Below are positions 20,761-30,336 of a stretch of 64,000 nt of DNA, in pieces. Below the pieces are notes generated by a model. It had not been told where the DNA came from. It was given only the letters and a program-made list of their open reading frames with translations, and did not search any database. Source of the DNA: Minisyncoccota bacterium (GTDB lineage: Bacteria; Patescibacteriota; Microgenomatia; UBA1400; UBA12028); assembly GCA_003487265.1 (NCBI GenBank), contig DNEP01000006.1, forward strand, positions 3,276 to 67,275, written 5' to 3'. Position 1 is the stretch's first letter. Every line of letters begins with the position of its first letter. A program made the position numbers and the translations under genes.

Positions 20761-21456
20761 TTAGCGCGATTGAACCACTGGACTTGTGTACGCCTTTGAA
20801 CTCTCCACAATTTGACCATCAGAAGATCCTGGATTGTAGATGGTGTAGAAAATATGAATAAGTTCTTGAGTGTTGAGTTGTTTAACAATAATTCCAATGC
20901 GCGCAAGTTGTGAAATAATGTGATCGCGTTTTGGTTCAAGATCGGTTTTTGCTTTTTCAATAAGTTGCGGAATGTTAATTTGTGATTCTTGCGTTGATTT
21001 TTGCTTTTTAAATGGAAAAGGTGATGTTGGAAGGATTGAAGAAAGGGTGCTCGATTGATATGAAATGACAAGATAGAATTTTTTATCCAAAATGTTTCGC
21101 TCTTTCACAAGTGTGGAAACAAACTCTCGATACTGCGCGATTTGCGCGCGTTTTTGTGGGGCGTGTGTTCCACGCTCGGTTTCTTGAAGATGTCCCAAAT
21201 AACCCGAGATGTCTTTTTTTTGTGATCGAATGACAATTTGTATTGGAAAAGAAAGAGAATTGAGAATTCCCGCGTATGTGTAAATCATCGCTTCTTGTTC
21301 TTCTTCAGAGAGAAGATCAAAGTTAACCGATGATGCCGACATCACCATACTTGCCGTGCCATCACGAAGTAAAACGAGATTGTTCGTAATATCTAAAACA
21401 TCAAGAAATTCTTGCGTTGTTGATGAAAGGTGGTTGGAGGATGAGTGGGCGCTCAT
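20761..21456 (-). CDS. Hypothetical soluble protein immediately upstream of the VirB4-like gene
   Basis: 231 aa with no TM segment and no recognisable motif. It is co-oriented and tightly spaced with its neighbours. Confidence 0.35.
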   Translation of the reverse strand: MSAHSSSNHLSSTTQEFLDVLDITNNLVLLRDGTASMVMSASSVNFDLLSEEEQEAMIYTYAGILNSLSFPIQIVIRSQKKDISGYLGHLQETERGTHAPQKRAQIAQYREFVSTLVKERNILDKKFYLVISYQSSTLSSILPTSPFPFKKQKSTQESQINIPQLIEKAKTDLEPKRDHIISQLARIGIIVKQLNTQELIHIFYTIYNPGSSDGQIVESSKAYTSPVVQSR

Positions 21457-21465
21457 AGTGGTAGT

Positions 21466-22515
21466 TTAGGAGGTTTTCGCGAGAAATTCTAGCGGAGGAA
21501 TAATGGTGTTATTTGTAGTGAGTGTGTAGTTGTTAAATTCGAGGCCGTTTTTTTCTGTGCGAATACTAAAAGCTCCATTTTGTAGGGGGGATGTAATAAA
21601 GAATTGTCCTAATTTGTTCGTTTTGACTGCGCGCACCGCGATGCCCGTTTGATCAACAATTTCCACAATTGCCCCATCAACAATTTTACGATTTTGGTCG
21701 AGTACCATTCCAACAACAACGTTTGGTTGTTTTGGAGTTGATGGGAAGGGGAGACTACTATTTGTTTTCACCGCGATTTCCTGTTGGGTGGTAGTTTTAA
21801 TCACATTTTGTGCAAATGTGTGCAGCGTTTGTGTTGTTTCACCACGTTCTTCTTGTTGTTTTGATTTGTTTTGTGCCGCCTCAAATACGGTGACTTTTCC
21901 CGAAGGTTTAAGGAGGACTGATGAGGGTTGATGTGATTGTTTTTCAGCCGTAGATTGTTGGGTGGTAATAGGTTGGGTTGCTGGAGGAATAACGCGTTGT
22001 ATTTGTGCATGAGGCTTGGATTGTTGTAATGTGATAGGCGTTTTGTTGTTATGAAACAGTTGTGTGATGTTTTTTGAGTTCACAAAAAGATCATTTGGCT
22101 CAGACTGTGTTGAAATGGACTCAAAATACGCGCGAACTCGTTCGGAGCGTCCGATTTTTTGGTCGAGAAGGGGTTGCGATCGATCTCCTAATTTTTGTTG
22201 AATATACGCGAACGCATCTGGAATGCGGATTGTTTTTTTCCAGTAAAATTTTGTTGGTTTGTATATCGCGTGTAGGAACGCAACAACCCATTGATCTAGG
22301 GGGCGTTCTTCGAGCGGAACAAACGCAAACGCCGCTCCTGTGCCAATAATGATAAACACGAGAAAGAGTTTGAGTATGTTTGGAAGCGCGATCGAGTACA
22401 CGAGGAGCGCAACACCAACCGATCCAAGTAACTCGAAGAATTGCTTGAGCGTCATGTTTCCAATGAGGTGAAACTCGTACGCAGTGATATTCTGCGGGAC
22501 AGGATGCTCGATCAT
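21466..22515 (-). CDS. PrgI/VirB3-like membrane protein fused to a C-terminal beta-sandwich (carboxypeptidase-regulatory-like) domain
   Basis: The N-terminus 'EFHLIGNMTLKQFFELLGSVGVALLVY...FVFIIIGTGAAFAFVPLEERPLDQWVVAFL' matches the PrgI-family pattern: a two-TM hairpin ending in 'P-x-x-x-RPLDEW'. The C-terminal 'VVGMVLDQNRKIVDGAIVEIVD...FSIRTEKNGLEF' looks like a CarboxypepD_reg/Cna-B-type fold. Confidence 0.5.
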   Translation of the reverse strand: MIEHPVPQNITAYEFHLIGNMTLKQFFELLGSVGVALLVYSIALPNILKLFLVFIIIGTGAAFAFVPLEERPLDQWVVAFLHAIYKPTKFYWKKTIRIPDAFAYIQQKLGDRSQPLLDQKIGRSERVRAYFESISTQSEPNDLFVNSKNITQLFHNNKTPITLQQSKPHAQIQRVIPPATQPITTQQSTAEKQSHQPSSVLLKPSGKVTVFEAAQNKSKQQEERGETTQTLHTFAQNVIKTTTQQEIAVKTNSSLPFPSTPKQPNVVVGMVLDQNRKIVDGAIVEIVDQTGIAVRAVKTNKLGQFFITSPLQNGAFSIRTEKNGLEFNNYTLTTNNTIIPPLEFLAKTS

Positions 22516-22580
22516 ATACTTTCATTGTAGCAGAAAGGTAATATGCTCATGCGAATAATATACTTTCATATGGTGGGGAA

Positions 22581-23594
22581 TTATTCTGTTTGGATTGCGG
22601 AGGTCATCACCTCAATGGTTGCGGAATTTCCTTCGGCGTCCATTGCTGTTCCTGAAAAAATAGCGAAAGGCATAATGGTGTTTGTTGATGGAATCGTTTG
22701 ATATTCAATGCGCATTGTAAAAAGTTTTGAGGATCGCAATTCTTTTGGGGTGAGTAGTTTTCCGGAAATCTGGTATGAAAGAAGGGAGTATTCCCCATTC
22801 TTCATTGAAGAAATCATCTCTGGAATTGAACGCACATTTGCATGACCGCCATCAACTGGTTGATATGCGACGTTGTGAATGAATATTTTTCGAACATATC
22901 CTTGCGAATCAACAAGAACGGTTGCTGGGTTGTTTGTTGTTCCTGTATGAGAAAACGAATATCCTGAAAAGGAAAGAGAAAAAGGAATAGAAAAATAGGT
23001 TGCCTGCTCTTCGATTGTTTGGGTGAGTTCACTTTCCCCCTTCAAAAATTGAATATTGGAAAGTTGTGGCGCGAGCTCTAATGTTGGAGAAAAGAGCGCG
23101 AGCGCCTCTTTTGCCAGAAGAATCGCTTCTTCTGTGCGCACGGTTTGCATTTCGGTTTGTGGTGGAATATTTCCCGTATACCGTATGGTATTTGTTTCAC
23201 TGTCATAAAAAAGGGAATACCCAAATTCTTTTTGTGTCCACAATGATGTTGATGAGCTTTTTTCCATATTCCACGCTATTGCGAGTTCTTGTAGTTTTGT
23301 GAGTGAAATGGGGGGGAGACTGTTTTGGTTTTGATAAATAGGGAGCGTTTTTGGAAGGGTTGGTGTTGGCCCAATGTATTCAAATGTTTGAATATTTTGT
23401 TCCTGTGTGAGTGTTGTTTGAATGCTGGGCTTTTCGGGAACAACGATTGGGGGTTCACTGGGGAGTGGTTGCCTGTTTTGTAACAGGGTGAGAATGAGTT
23501 GTAAAACAAAAACGAGGATTGTTGCGAGAATAATGAATGTAATAAACCATCGTTTCACCGGAATTTGTTTTTTTATTTGGATGTTTGTATTCAT
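22581..23594 (-). CDS. Bitopic membrane protein (candidate VirB8/PrgL-like component)
   Basis: Single N-terminal TM 'WFITFIILATILVFVLQLILTLL' followed by a ~300-aa extracytoplasmic region. I chose the start at the MNTNIQ codon, which leaves a 4-nt overlap with the upstream gene. Confidence 0.35.
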   Translation of the reverse strand: MNTNIQIKKQIPVKRWFITFIILATILVFVLQLILTLLQNRQPLPSEPPIVVPEKPSIQTTLTQEQNIQTFEYIGPTPTLPKTLPIYQNQNSLPPISLTKLQELAIAWNMEKSSSTSLWTQKEFGYSLFYDSETNTIRYTGNIPPQTEMQTVRTEEAILLAKEALALFSPTLELAPQLSNIQFLKGESELTQTIEEQATYFSIPFSLSFSGYSFSHTGTTNNPATVLVDSQGYVRKIFIHNVAYQPVDGGHANVRSIPEMISSMKNGEYSLLSYQISGKLLTPKELRSSKLFTMRIEYQTIPSTNTIMPFAIFSGTAMDAEGNSATIEVMTSAIQTE

Positions 23595-26440
23595 TCTTCC
23601 TCCTGTTGTGCGCCTTCGGTGTTTTGCGATGCGTCGGGGGAACAAGAAGATGTGACATAATCATTTATCGCAACGTCCGGATCGGGAACGGCCTCAAGAA
23701 TATTGATCCCTAAGGCTTCATAATGAAGGTGATTCCCGGTGGAATTTCCAGTTGAATCGGTTTTTCCAATAAGATCTCCAACTTGTATAGACATGGAACT
23801 GTTTTCTGGCATTCCAGCGAAGTTTAAAAGGTGGGCAAAAATAAACACAAGACCGTCGTCGGAAAGGAGAACGACATGCTTTCCATATCCTGGGTCAAGT
23901 CCATTACCCTCTGCATAAAACAGCGCTTTACCAGAAAATGGGGCGTACACAGGTTCATCTGCTCCAAGCACAATGTCGAGCGCAGATCCAGGCCCAGAAA
24001 CATATTCTCCAGATATGTTTGGAATTGAGGATGTGTACACGGCGTGGGGATCTCCGTTAGTGTAGAATTCCCCCAACTGCGTAACTGTTCCACTTACAGG
24101 CCAGCATCCCACACTTGCAACCCCTTGACCGTGAAGTGTTGAGGTGGGGTCAAGCATCATAATATCCGACTGATTTGCGGTGTTTGCGGTAAAAATACGA
24201 ACCGCGATTAACGCCGGAATGGTGATTGCCATTCCAGATGATGCTGAAAAGATAGGTGATTTGCTTGCAATCGAAGCGCCGACCGAACCCAACCCACTTG
24301 CTCCACCCATCGCCCCCTGTCCTCCAACCGCTCCTGCAACTTTTGAGCCACCCGCAACTCCCGCACTCGTCGCTCCCCCTCCTCCGCCCCCTCCACCCAA
24401 AAATGACATGAGTTTCATTGCCCCCATAGCCATTGCGAGCAAACCACTTGCTATAAGTGCAAGCAAACTCAGCAAGATTTTTACAAGCTTTCCCAATCGG
24501 GAAACAGTGTTGAGAAGAAAATCTTCTGTGGCCTCTCCAACAATGGGAATTTTTCTTAACAACTCAGCATATTTAAACGTCTGGTCTAGCGCGGGAATTG
24601 CCCCCGCTCCCCCAGGGATAAAAGTGAGTGCGGTGGTAAGTGCTTTTTTTCCAAGTTCATAATCCGCTTCGTTAAATTCTCTATTTTGCGCTGTGCTTTC
24701 TCCAGAAATTGCAGGAAGCGCGCCAAACGAATCTGGTTCAGAATAAAAGAAATCAAAATCTTTACCAAAAAACTCACCAGCCGATTCAAGAGAAGTTGAA
24801 CCATGATAATACGCGAGAAAACGCTGCCTTTGTTCTTCGGTGGCCGTTGCCCACGCGTGTTGGGTGCCCAAAATTTTCCCCATTTTATACTTGAGTGCAC
24901 GTTGTGCAGAGGAGAATTCTCGACGTTCCCTCTCATTTTCTTCTGCTTGTAGTTTTGCTTGATTTTCAAGTGCATCTCTTCGAATGTACATTCCGCGAGA
25001 CACAATGCGATATCCCTGAAGAAAAACATCTTCCTCAAGTCCTTTGAGTGAGTTTTGATCGAGTGGGAGTGGAGAATGTACTGCGTTATTGTGTGTGTCA
25101 CGCGCAACACTGTTTCGCACGAGTCGAATATATGCGCTAAATGACTCTGCCCAATCTGTATCATAAATGGTGTGCAAGAAGGGGAGAATGCGCGACCGTT
25201 CTTCGTCGGTTAATAAATCTTCAAAAATTCTCTCAAATTGTTTTATGTTAATCGTGTCGATGGTGTGTCCAGAGATTGCCAAGGTTTGGAGTCGAACCAT
25301 AATTCTACGAATGTCGGACTCGGGAATGTTTGCTTTTTGCAAAAGTTGTTCAAGTTGTTCCTCCATAAAAGCTGTTGACGCTTGAGTGGTCCACCCAGCT
25401 TTTTCGAGTTTTTTCTGATCGATGTTTTGAAGAACTTTGCCCGCAGTTTCATCTTCAATAATTGCTTTTACAAGATCCTCAATCTTGGGAGGTTCAACGT
25501 TATTTTTTGCAAGCGAGGTGAGCTGTGTTTTGAGCGACAGTTGAAAATGTGCATCAAGTGAGAGTCGCTGCAAACATTGGATGTACAGTTTTTGCCGTCC
25601 GTCAAACGAGGTGAGCGTGCGAATCAAATCTTCACCGGTGAGTTGTGATAACTCAAATAAAACTATATTTGAGGTTGCGGGAAGGAGGTCGCTGATAAAC
25701 TTTTCGCGTTCTTGATCGTCGGTTATGCCGTATGAAATCGCTAGTCGTGCAAGAAGTGACTGTCGAACGAGGGTAACCTGATTCCGAAGCTCTCTGTCGG
25801 ACTTTAAGATGTCTGTTAACGAAAGATTTTGTTTTTCTTCTTCTTTTTCTCGCTTTTCTTCTTCTTTTTTGTCTTTCTCTTGCATTGCGGGGATCGCAAT
25901 CCCAGCGGATCTCGGTTGATCGCCTGCCGCCACAGGTTGTTCCCCAACCGCCGCCTTTTCTTCTTCGGTTTGTGGCGATCGCAATTCTTCTTCTGATAAA
26001 TCATGCGCTTCCCGCGCAATTTCAATAAGCGTTTCAGCCTCGCGCAACTGTGTGAGAAGATCTGAAAGTTTTTGATCGGGAGAGAGGCGACGTTCTATAC
26101 TGTATTCTTCAAAAATTTCATGCCCGAACAAATCATGATCGACTTTTTTTGGAATAATATAACGAATGGTGAGAATGAGCACCCAAAGTTGATTAAATGA
26201 CAACCTTCCCAGCGTTTGATCGTCGGGGTGATCAATCATCTCGCGAAGCATTGCTTTGTATCCACCGGAGGTTTGAATGCGGGATAAAACGCCCAACGAA
26301 CGATCCGCGAGATCATATGATCGCTTCATGTAGTCGCGCAACGCATACGCGACCTTACTTATGTTTTCATCTTGAAGGTGTTCGCGGGTAAAAAATGATC
26401 GAATTGGCGCGCTATCCAGCATACGCGTATTGTACCGCAT
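23591..26440 (-). CDS. Large membrane protein with a C-terminal M23 (LytM) peptidase domain
   Basis: 949 aa. The C-terminus 'GYGKHVVLLSDDGLVFIFAHLLNF...IGKTDSTGNSTGNHLHYE' matches the M23 zinc-site H-x-x-x-D ... H-x-H arrangement. A poly-Gly/Ala segment ('GGGGGGGGATSAGVAGG...') is flanked by two TM helices. The N-terminal ~600 aa are helical with a KE-rich coiled coil. Confidence 0.65.
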   Translation of the reverse strand: MRYNTRMLDSAPIRSFFTREHLQDENISKVAYALRDYMKRSYDLADRSLGVLSRIQTSGGYKAMLREMIDHPDDQTLGRLSFNQLWVLILTIRYIIPKKVDHDLFGHEIFEEYSIERRLSPDQKLSDLLTQLREAETLIEIAREAHDLSEEELRSPQTEEEKAAVGEQPVAAGDQPRSAGIAIPAMQEKDKKEEEKREKEEEKQNLSLTDILKSDRELRNQVTLVRQSLLARLAISYGITDDQEREKFISDLLPATSNIVLFELSQLTGEDLIRTLTSFDGRQKLYIQCLQRLSLDAHFQLSLKTQLTSLAKNNVEPPKIEDLVKAIIEDETAGKVLQNIDQKKLEKAGWTTQASTAFMEEQLEQLLQKANIPESDIRRIMVRLQTLAISGHTIDTINIKQFERIFEDLLTDEERSRILPFLHTIYDTDWAESFSAYIRLVRNSVARDTHNNAVHSPLPLDQNSLKGLEEDVFLQGYRIVSRGMYIRRDALENQAKLQAEENERERREFSSAQRALKYKMGKILGTQHAWATATEEQRQRFLAYYHGSTSLESAGEFFGKDFDFFYSEPDSFGALPAISGESTAQNREFNEADYELGKKALTTALTFIPGGAGAIPALDQTFKYAELLRKIPIVGEATEDFLLNTVSRLGKLVKILLSLLALIASGLLAMAMGAMKLMSFLGGGGGGGGATSAGVAGGSKVAGAVGGQGAMGGASGLGSVGASIASKSPIFSASSGMAITIPALIAVRIFTANTANQSDIMMLDPTSTLHGQGVASVGCWPVSGTVTQLGEFYTNGDPHAVYTSSIPNISGEYVSGPGSALDIVLGADEPVYAPFSGKALFYAEGNGLDPGYGKHVVLLSDDGLVFIFAHLLNFAGMPENSSMSIQVGDLIGKTDSTGNSTGNHLHYEALGINILEAVPDPDVAINDYVTSSCSPDASQNTEGAQQEEE

Positions 26441-28337
26441 TTGATTGTTCGGTTGCTGCGGCAGTAGGTGTGTGTGCGGGCGATGATTTTGTTGGAGCGT
26501 CTGTGCAGTTTTCGCAAATGTATCCCATTGTTATGAATGGGTTGTACGAAACTCCCGCAAACGATGCGATAAAGTTGTCAACTCCAACGTAGCCGTGCGA
26601 AGTTGTGGTTGAAAAAACGCCGTCTTTCTCTTGTTTTTCAGCTCCTTTACCTAATGTGTCCCTCATTTCGCATGCAAAACACACATCGCATTCGCCAACT
26701 CCACCATCAAGGTGTTTGTAATGAAACTTTCCATCGTTGCACATTTTACATGTTCCATCGTGCCACGCCGTTTCCCATCGTTTGGGTTTGTTGTGATTGA
26801 TGATTCGAATTTTTTCGTCGAGCGTGAGTGATTCTGTTCGAACGGCGCGTTGAAACTCTTCAAGCGAAGAAAAGCGCGATGGAATGCCCAAACCAAGGCT
26901 GTTTGTAGAAATGGAAGAAGCAAAATTGGGATTTAATCGTGTTATTCCTCCGGCTGATCCTGCGGTACAGTCAACAACGCTCACAACCCTTTTTAACACA
27001 TGACTCATTGAGGTATTTTGAAACGAACTAAAAAGGGCGTTGCGCGCAGAAACAAGCGCGGTTCCTTTATGTGATTGAAACACTTCCGGTTTTGCAACTT
27101 TTTCATATTGTTCCCATGCAACCGCGGAATCAAACATTTTTTGTTGCAAAATCGTGTTGAGCGCGACCTCGGCATTCATAAGAATAAGCGCCTCGGCTTG
27201 ATCAATAGAAATGTGTTTTTTCAATAACAATCCCCACACATCAAGAAAAATATCTGTGAGAAACTGTGATGACTCAGCAATAATCGGTTGATAGATCGTT
27301 CTAAAAAGATTCATCGCCTCTTGTTGTGCGACCGCGAGTTGCGCAATCTCCTCGGCGGGAAGCGCGTTTGTGAGAAGTGATGAAAAAAACGGCTCAACCT
27401 CTTCATATGCGAATGGGGGGTGAATAATGTGCGCGCGCATGATTTCCGATTCGGTGGGCGCCGAAGATGTGCGAGATGCCGAAGCCTCCCCCACCCCCCA
27501 CGTTTTCACAAATTCTGATATTGCTTGCGCGTGTTCTTGATGGGAAAAATCGTTGAATGCTTGATGAAGTAAAATAATCCACGCGTCTTTTGTGGGGAGA
27601 TAGCAGACACGATACACATTCCAAAATGATTTTCCCTCTTTGTAGGTTTGCGTATTAGACGGATACACCGCGAAAACTGGCGGGCCTATGAGTACGGGGG
27701 GGCGCTCGTTGGCATCTAGTCCGAGTCCCGCAAGCGCCTCGGTGGGAAGGGGCGCGGTGTACCACCCCCAACCCTCGGGTGGGGTGGGGAGAGGTTCATC
27801 TTCAGATTGCGCGAGTGCGTTAATATACGTGTGCGCAACTTCCGGTAGATTTTCCGCAATAAACTGCAAAAGTTCGAGCGTCTCGATAGCAAGGCGTTCC
27901 TCTTTTTTATATCGGTCCTCAAACGGATTTCCCAAGGCAGATTGAAAATTGGGATTTCGTCTTGCGTACTCAATCGCCTTTTTGCACTGTTCGCGGATTG
28001 TTCCACTATACAAAGGCAGTGCGGCATCCCATTTTCCCTGTTCATTTACAAGCGGAATCATTGCGGTTTCATGAAAGGGAAGGTGGAGTTCTTCTTTAAT
28101 CGCCGACTCAAAAATAAACTGCAGGTGAAGAAAAAACTCATGCTCGATTTTTTCCCAATTTCCCTCATGTTTCCCAATTAATTCTGCGCCTTTTGAAGCC
28201 CATGCGTGAAATAGGTTGAGAAGTGCGACGCGCGTGAGTTGAGAATATTCCGAGGTTTGTAGTGCGCGTTTTTCAACGGCTTGACGCAGTTTTTTTGTTT
28301 CAGTTCTAGATAATTGTGGTTGAAGATGTTCTCGCAT
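26412..28337 (-). CDS. Large hypothetical protein with a Cys-rich (zinc-ribbon-like) C-terminus
   Basis: 641 aa with no TM segment. The C-terminal cluster 'CKMCNDGKFHYKHLDGGVGECDVCFACEM...CENC' is zinc-ribbon-like. It is co-oriented with the M23 gene and overlaps it by 29 nt. Confidence 0.4.
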   Translation of the reverse strand: MREHLQPQLSRTETKKLRQAVEKRALQTSEYSQLTRVALLNLFHAWASKGAELIGKHEGNWEKIEHEFFLHLQFIFESAIKEELHLPFHETAMIPLVNEQGKWDAALPLYSGTIREQCKKAIEYARRNPNFQSALGNPFEDRYKKEERLAIETLELLQFIAENLPEVAHTYINALAQSEDEPLPTPPEGWGWYTAPLPTEALAGLGLDANERPPVLIGPPVFAVYPSNTQTYKEGKSFWNVYRVCYLPTKDAWIILLHQAFNDFSHQEHAQAISEFVKTWGVGEASASRTSSAPTESEIMRAHIIHPPFAYEEVEPFFSSLLTNALPAEEIAQLAVAQQEAMNLFRTIYQPIIAESSQFLTDIFLDVWGLLLKKHISIDQAEALILMNAEVALNTILQQKMFDSAVAWEQYEKVAKPEVFQSHKGTALVSARNALFSSFQNTSMSHVLKRVVSVVDCTAGSAGGITRLNPNFASSISTNSLGLGIPSRFSSLEEFQRAVRTESLTLDEKIRIINHNKPKRWETAWHDGTCKMCNDGKFHYKHLDGGVGECDVCFACEMRDTLGKGAEKQEKDGVFSTTTSHGYVGVDNFIASFAGVSYNPFITMGYICENCTDAPTKSSPAHTPTAAATEQSNAVQYAYAG

Positions 28338-28675
28338 GTGATCTTTCTGATGTGATTCTTCGTGCGAGCGAGGAAATCTATCAAACGATCACAGGAGCAG
28401 TGCTGTGCGTAGCGCTTGAATCCGAAGCCCCACACGATGTCTCGTTCCTGGCTTAGGTGTTGCTTTCGAAAAGCGACACCCACACAGTTGCGGTACAGCC
28501 CGCGATTTACACGCGGTTCCGAGTAGATCCACTATGATCGAGTCGAGGAAAGATTGCAAGAGGGTGATGTGCGTTTTGTGCGCGCGTGCTTTGCGCGCCT
28601 TGAATCTTTTTCGAACCGCCCCTTGATTTTCCAGATGATTCCCTGATATGAATAGATACAGAAAGTGAGGCGAAT

Positions 28676-30313
28676 ATGGCGGATGACGGAATGGATGCAA
28701 GATTAGCCGAACAACAGGCGGAAAGTAAAGCGCAAGATCAAGCATCACAACAAGAAAAACAATTAGATCAAGATGAGCAACGAAACGAATACATTCAAAA
28801 ATTAGTACAAACCGATCAAATACAAACTCAATCTGATAGTACATTTTCAAAACCGTTGAAAAGTGGCGATCACCTGTATTACGTAACACAAGATCAGGAT
28901 CCATACATTTTGACCGGCGGTCGTGTATTTGTTCACGCTTGGCAAACAGAACGCGCCAATCAGCGAAAACAAAACTTTTCGTATGATGAATTAATTTCTT
29001 GGACGACGTTCATGAAAAATCACCTCGACTTGGTTGGGCGAAAAGGAGGAGATGACACAACTGAGCTCGATCAAGAAATTGAGTTGTTTACTCAAGACGA
29101 TTTATGGATGCGAACAACGCTCGAACTTCAAGTGTTACTCGATAAACAAACCATACTTCAAGAGGAAAAACAAAAAGGAGTGATTTCAGAAATTCAGTAC
29201 TCTGAATCTACCATTGATTCGCAAATTAAAGACAAACGTCATCAACTCGCCACAGTCGAAGAGCAGTTATTTCAACGATACGAAGCAATATATTCACCTC
29301 AGAAACGATTGCATATTGAACCCGAGTTGTTGAACACACTTCTCCCGCAAATCGAAGCGCTATTTGCTCAAGAGGGGGAGGTTGATATCACGGCCGTGCG
29401 CGCGATGTTGCTTTCTTTACATCTCGACGAAGCGGCCGTCGATTCGTTTCTCAAAAGCCCCGCAACACTTTCATTTCGAGATCGACTTGGATTTTTTCTA
29501 TTGGGTCAGACGGATCTTCGTGAACAATCACCGCTCGGAGAAAACCAGAAGAAATTGATTTCGCTCATCACCGAAGATCTCAAGCGCGTTGCCGAAAAAG
29601 TGATGACACAAAAAGGAATTCTTCCAACCGACACCATCGATATTGCCGTAGACAAATTTACCGAAGGGATGCTTCCTTCTCAAAAAGCGTGGATGGAGCA
29701 ACGCGTCAAAATACTCGCGGCGGGCTCGTTCATTGCAGGAAACTCTGATATTAAGGCGCTGTTAGACTTTATCATTTCTGGACAAACGTATGGTGGACAC
29801 ATGGAAGGCCGGGATGAGTTGATGAAAAAAGGGCTTCCAACGGTTGGAAAAGAACATATTGTAAAAGTAGCCGATAGTCCCGAACAGGCGTTTTCGGTCG
29901 TTGAACATTCATTGAAAAACTTGTGTGAAGACTTTTCCGATGCATCCGATGAGGAGGGAAATAAAATTTTCTCTCTCATGGCAACGCATAAAGATCAACA
30001 GAAATTCATGAAGAAGAAAGAGGGGTCGGAGGAGGAAGAGTTCGACTTTACTCTTTATAAAGAGTGGGTTATGAACACATTTCTGTATCTTATCCGCAAT
30101 GATGGCTACAAAGAAAAAATTGAAAAATCAGTCGCAATATCGCTTTTTGATGCAGGTTTAAGGGAAGTTACGCAACAAAAAAATGACGGATCCCAATCAG
30201 AGGTGCGTTTCGATACCGCCGAACAAGCGGGTCGAGAAATGAAGCTCAGCCTCGAAGCGATCGAGCTCCTCCTTCAGCGCGCCAACGCTTGGAATGGAGT
30301 GCAAAAAGAATAG
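28676..30313 (+). CDS. Large hypothetical acidic/coiled-coil protein
   Basis: 545 aa, no TM or signal peptide, Q/E/K-rich N-terminus, no recognisable catalytic motif. Confidence 0.4.
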   Translation: MADDGMDARLAEQQAESKAQDQASQQEKQLDQDEQRNEYIQKLVQTDQIQTQSDSTFSKPLKSGDHLYYVTQDQDPYILTGGRVFVHAWQTERANQRKQNFSYDELISWTTFMKNHLDLVGRKGGDDTTELDQEIELFTQDDLWMRTTLELQVLLDKQTILQEEKQKGVISEIQYSESTIDSQIKDKRHQLATVEEQLFQRYEAIYSPQKRLHIEPELLNTLLPQIEALFAQEGEVDITAVRAMLLSLHLDEAAVDSFLKSPATLSFRDRLGFFLLGQTDLREQSPLGENQKKLISLITEDLKRVAEKVMTQKGILPTDTIDIAVDKFTEGMLPSQKAWMEQRVKILAAGSFIAGNSDIKALLDFIISGQTYGGHMEGRDELMKKGLPTVGKEHIVKVADSPEQAFSVVEHSLKNLCEDFSDASDEEGNKIFSLMATHKDQQKFMKKKEGSEEEEFDFTLYKEWVMNTFLYLIRNDGYKEKIEKSVAISLFDAGLREVTQQKNDGSQSEVRFDTAEQAGREMKLSLEAIELLLQRANAWNGVQKE

Positions 30314-30336
30314 AACAGATGTGGTAAAATAAAGAT

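Noticed and set aside
28338-28675. The 338-bp GC-richer intergenic spacer as a possible small RNA gene
   Set aside because: I found no tRNA-like or other recognisable RNA fold by eye. It is most simply the divergent promoter region between the 641-aa gene and the 545-aa gene.
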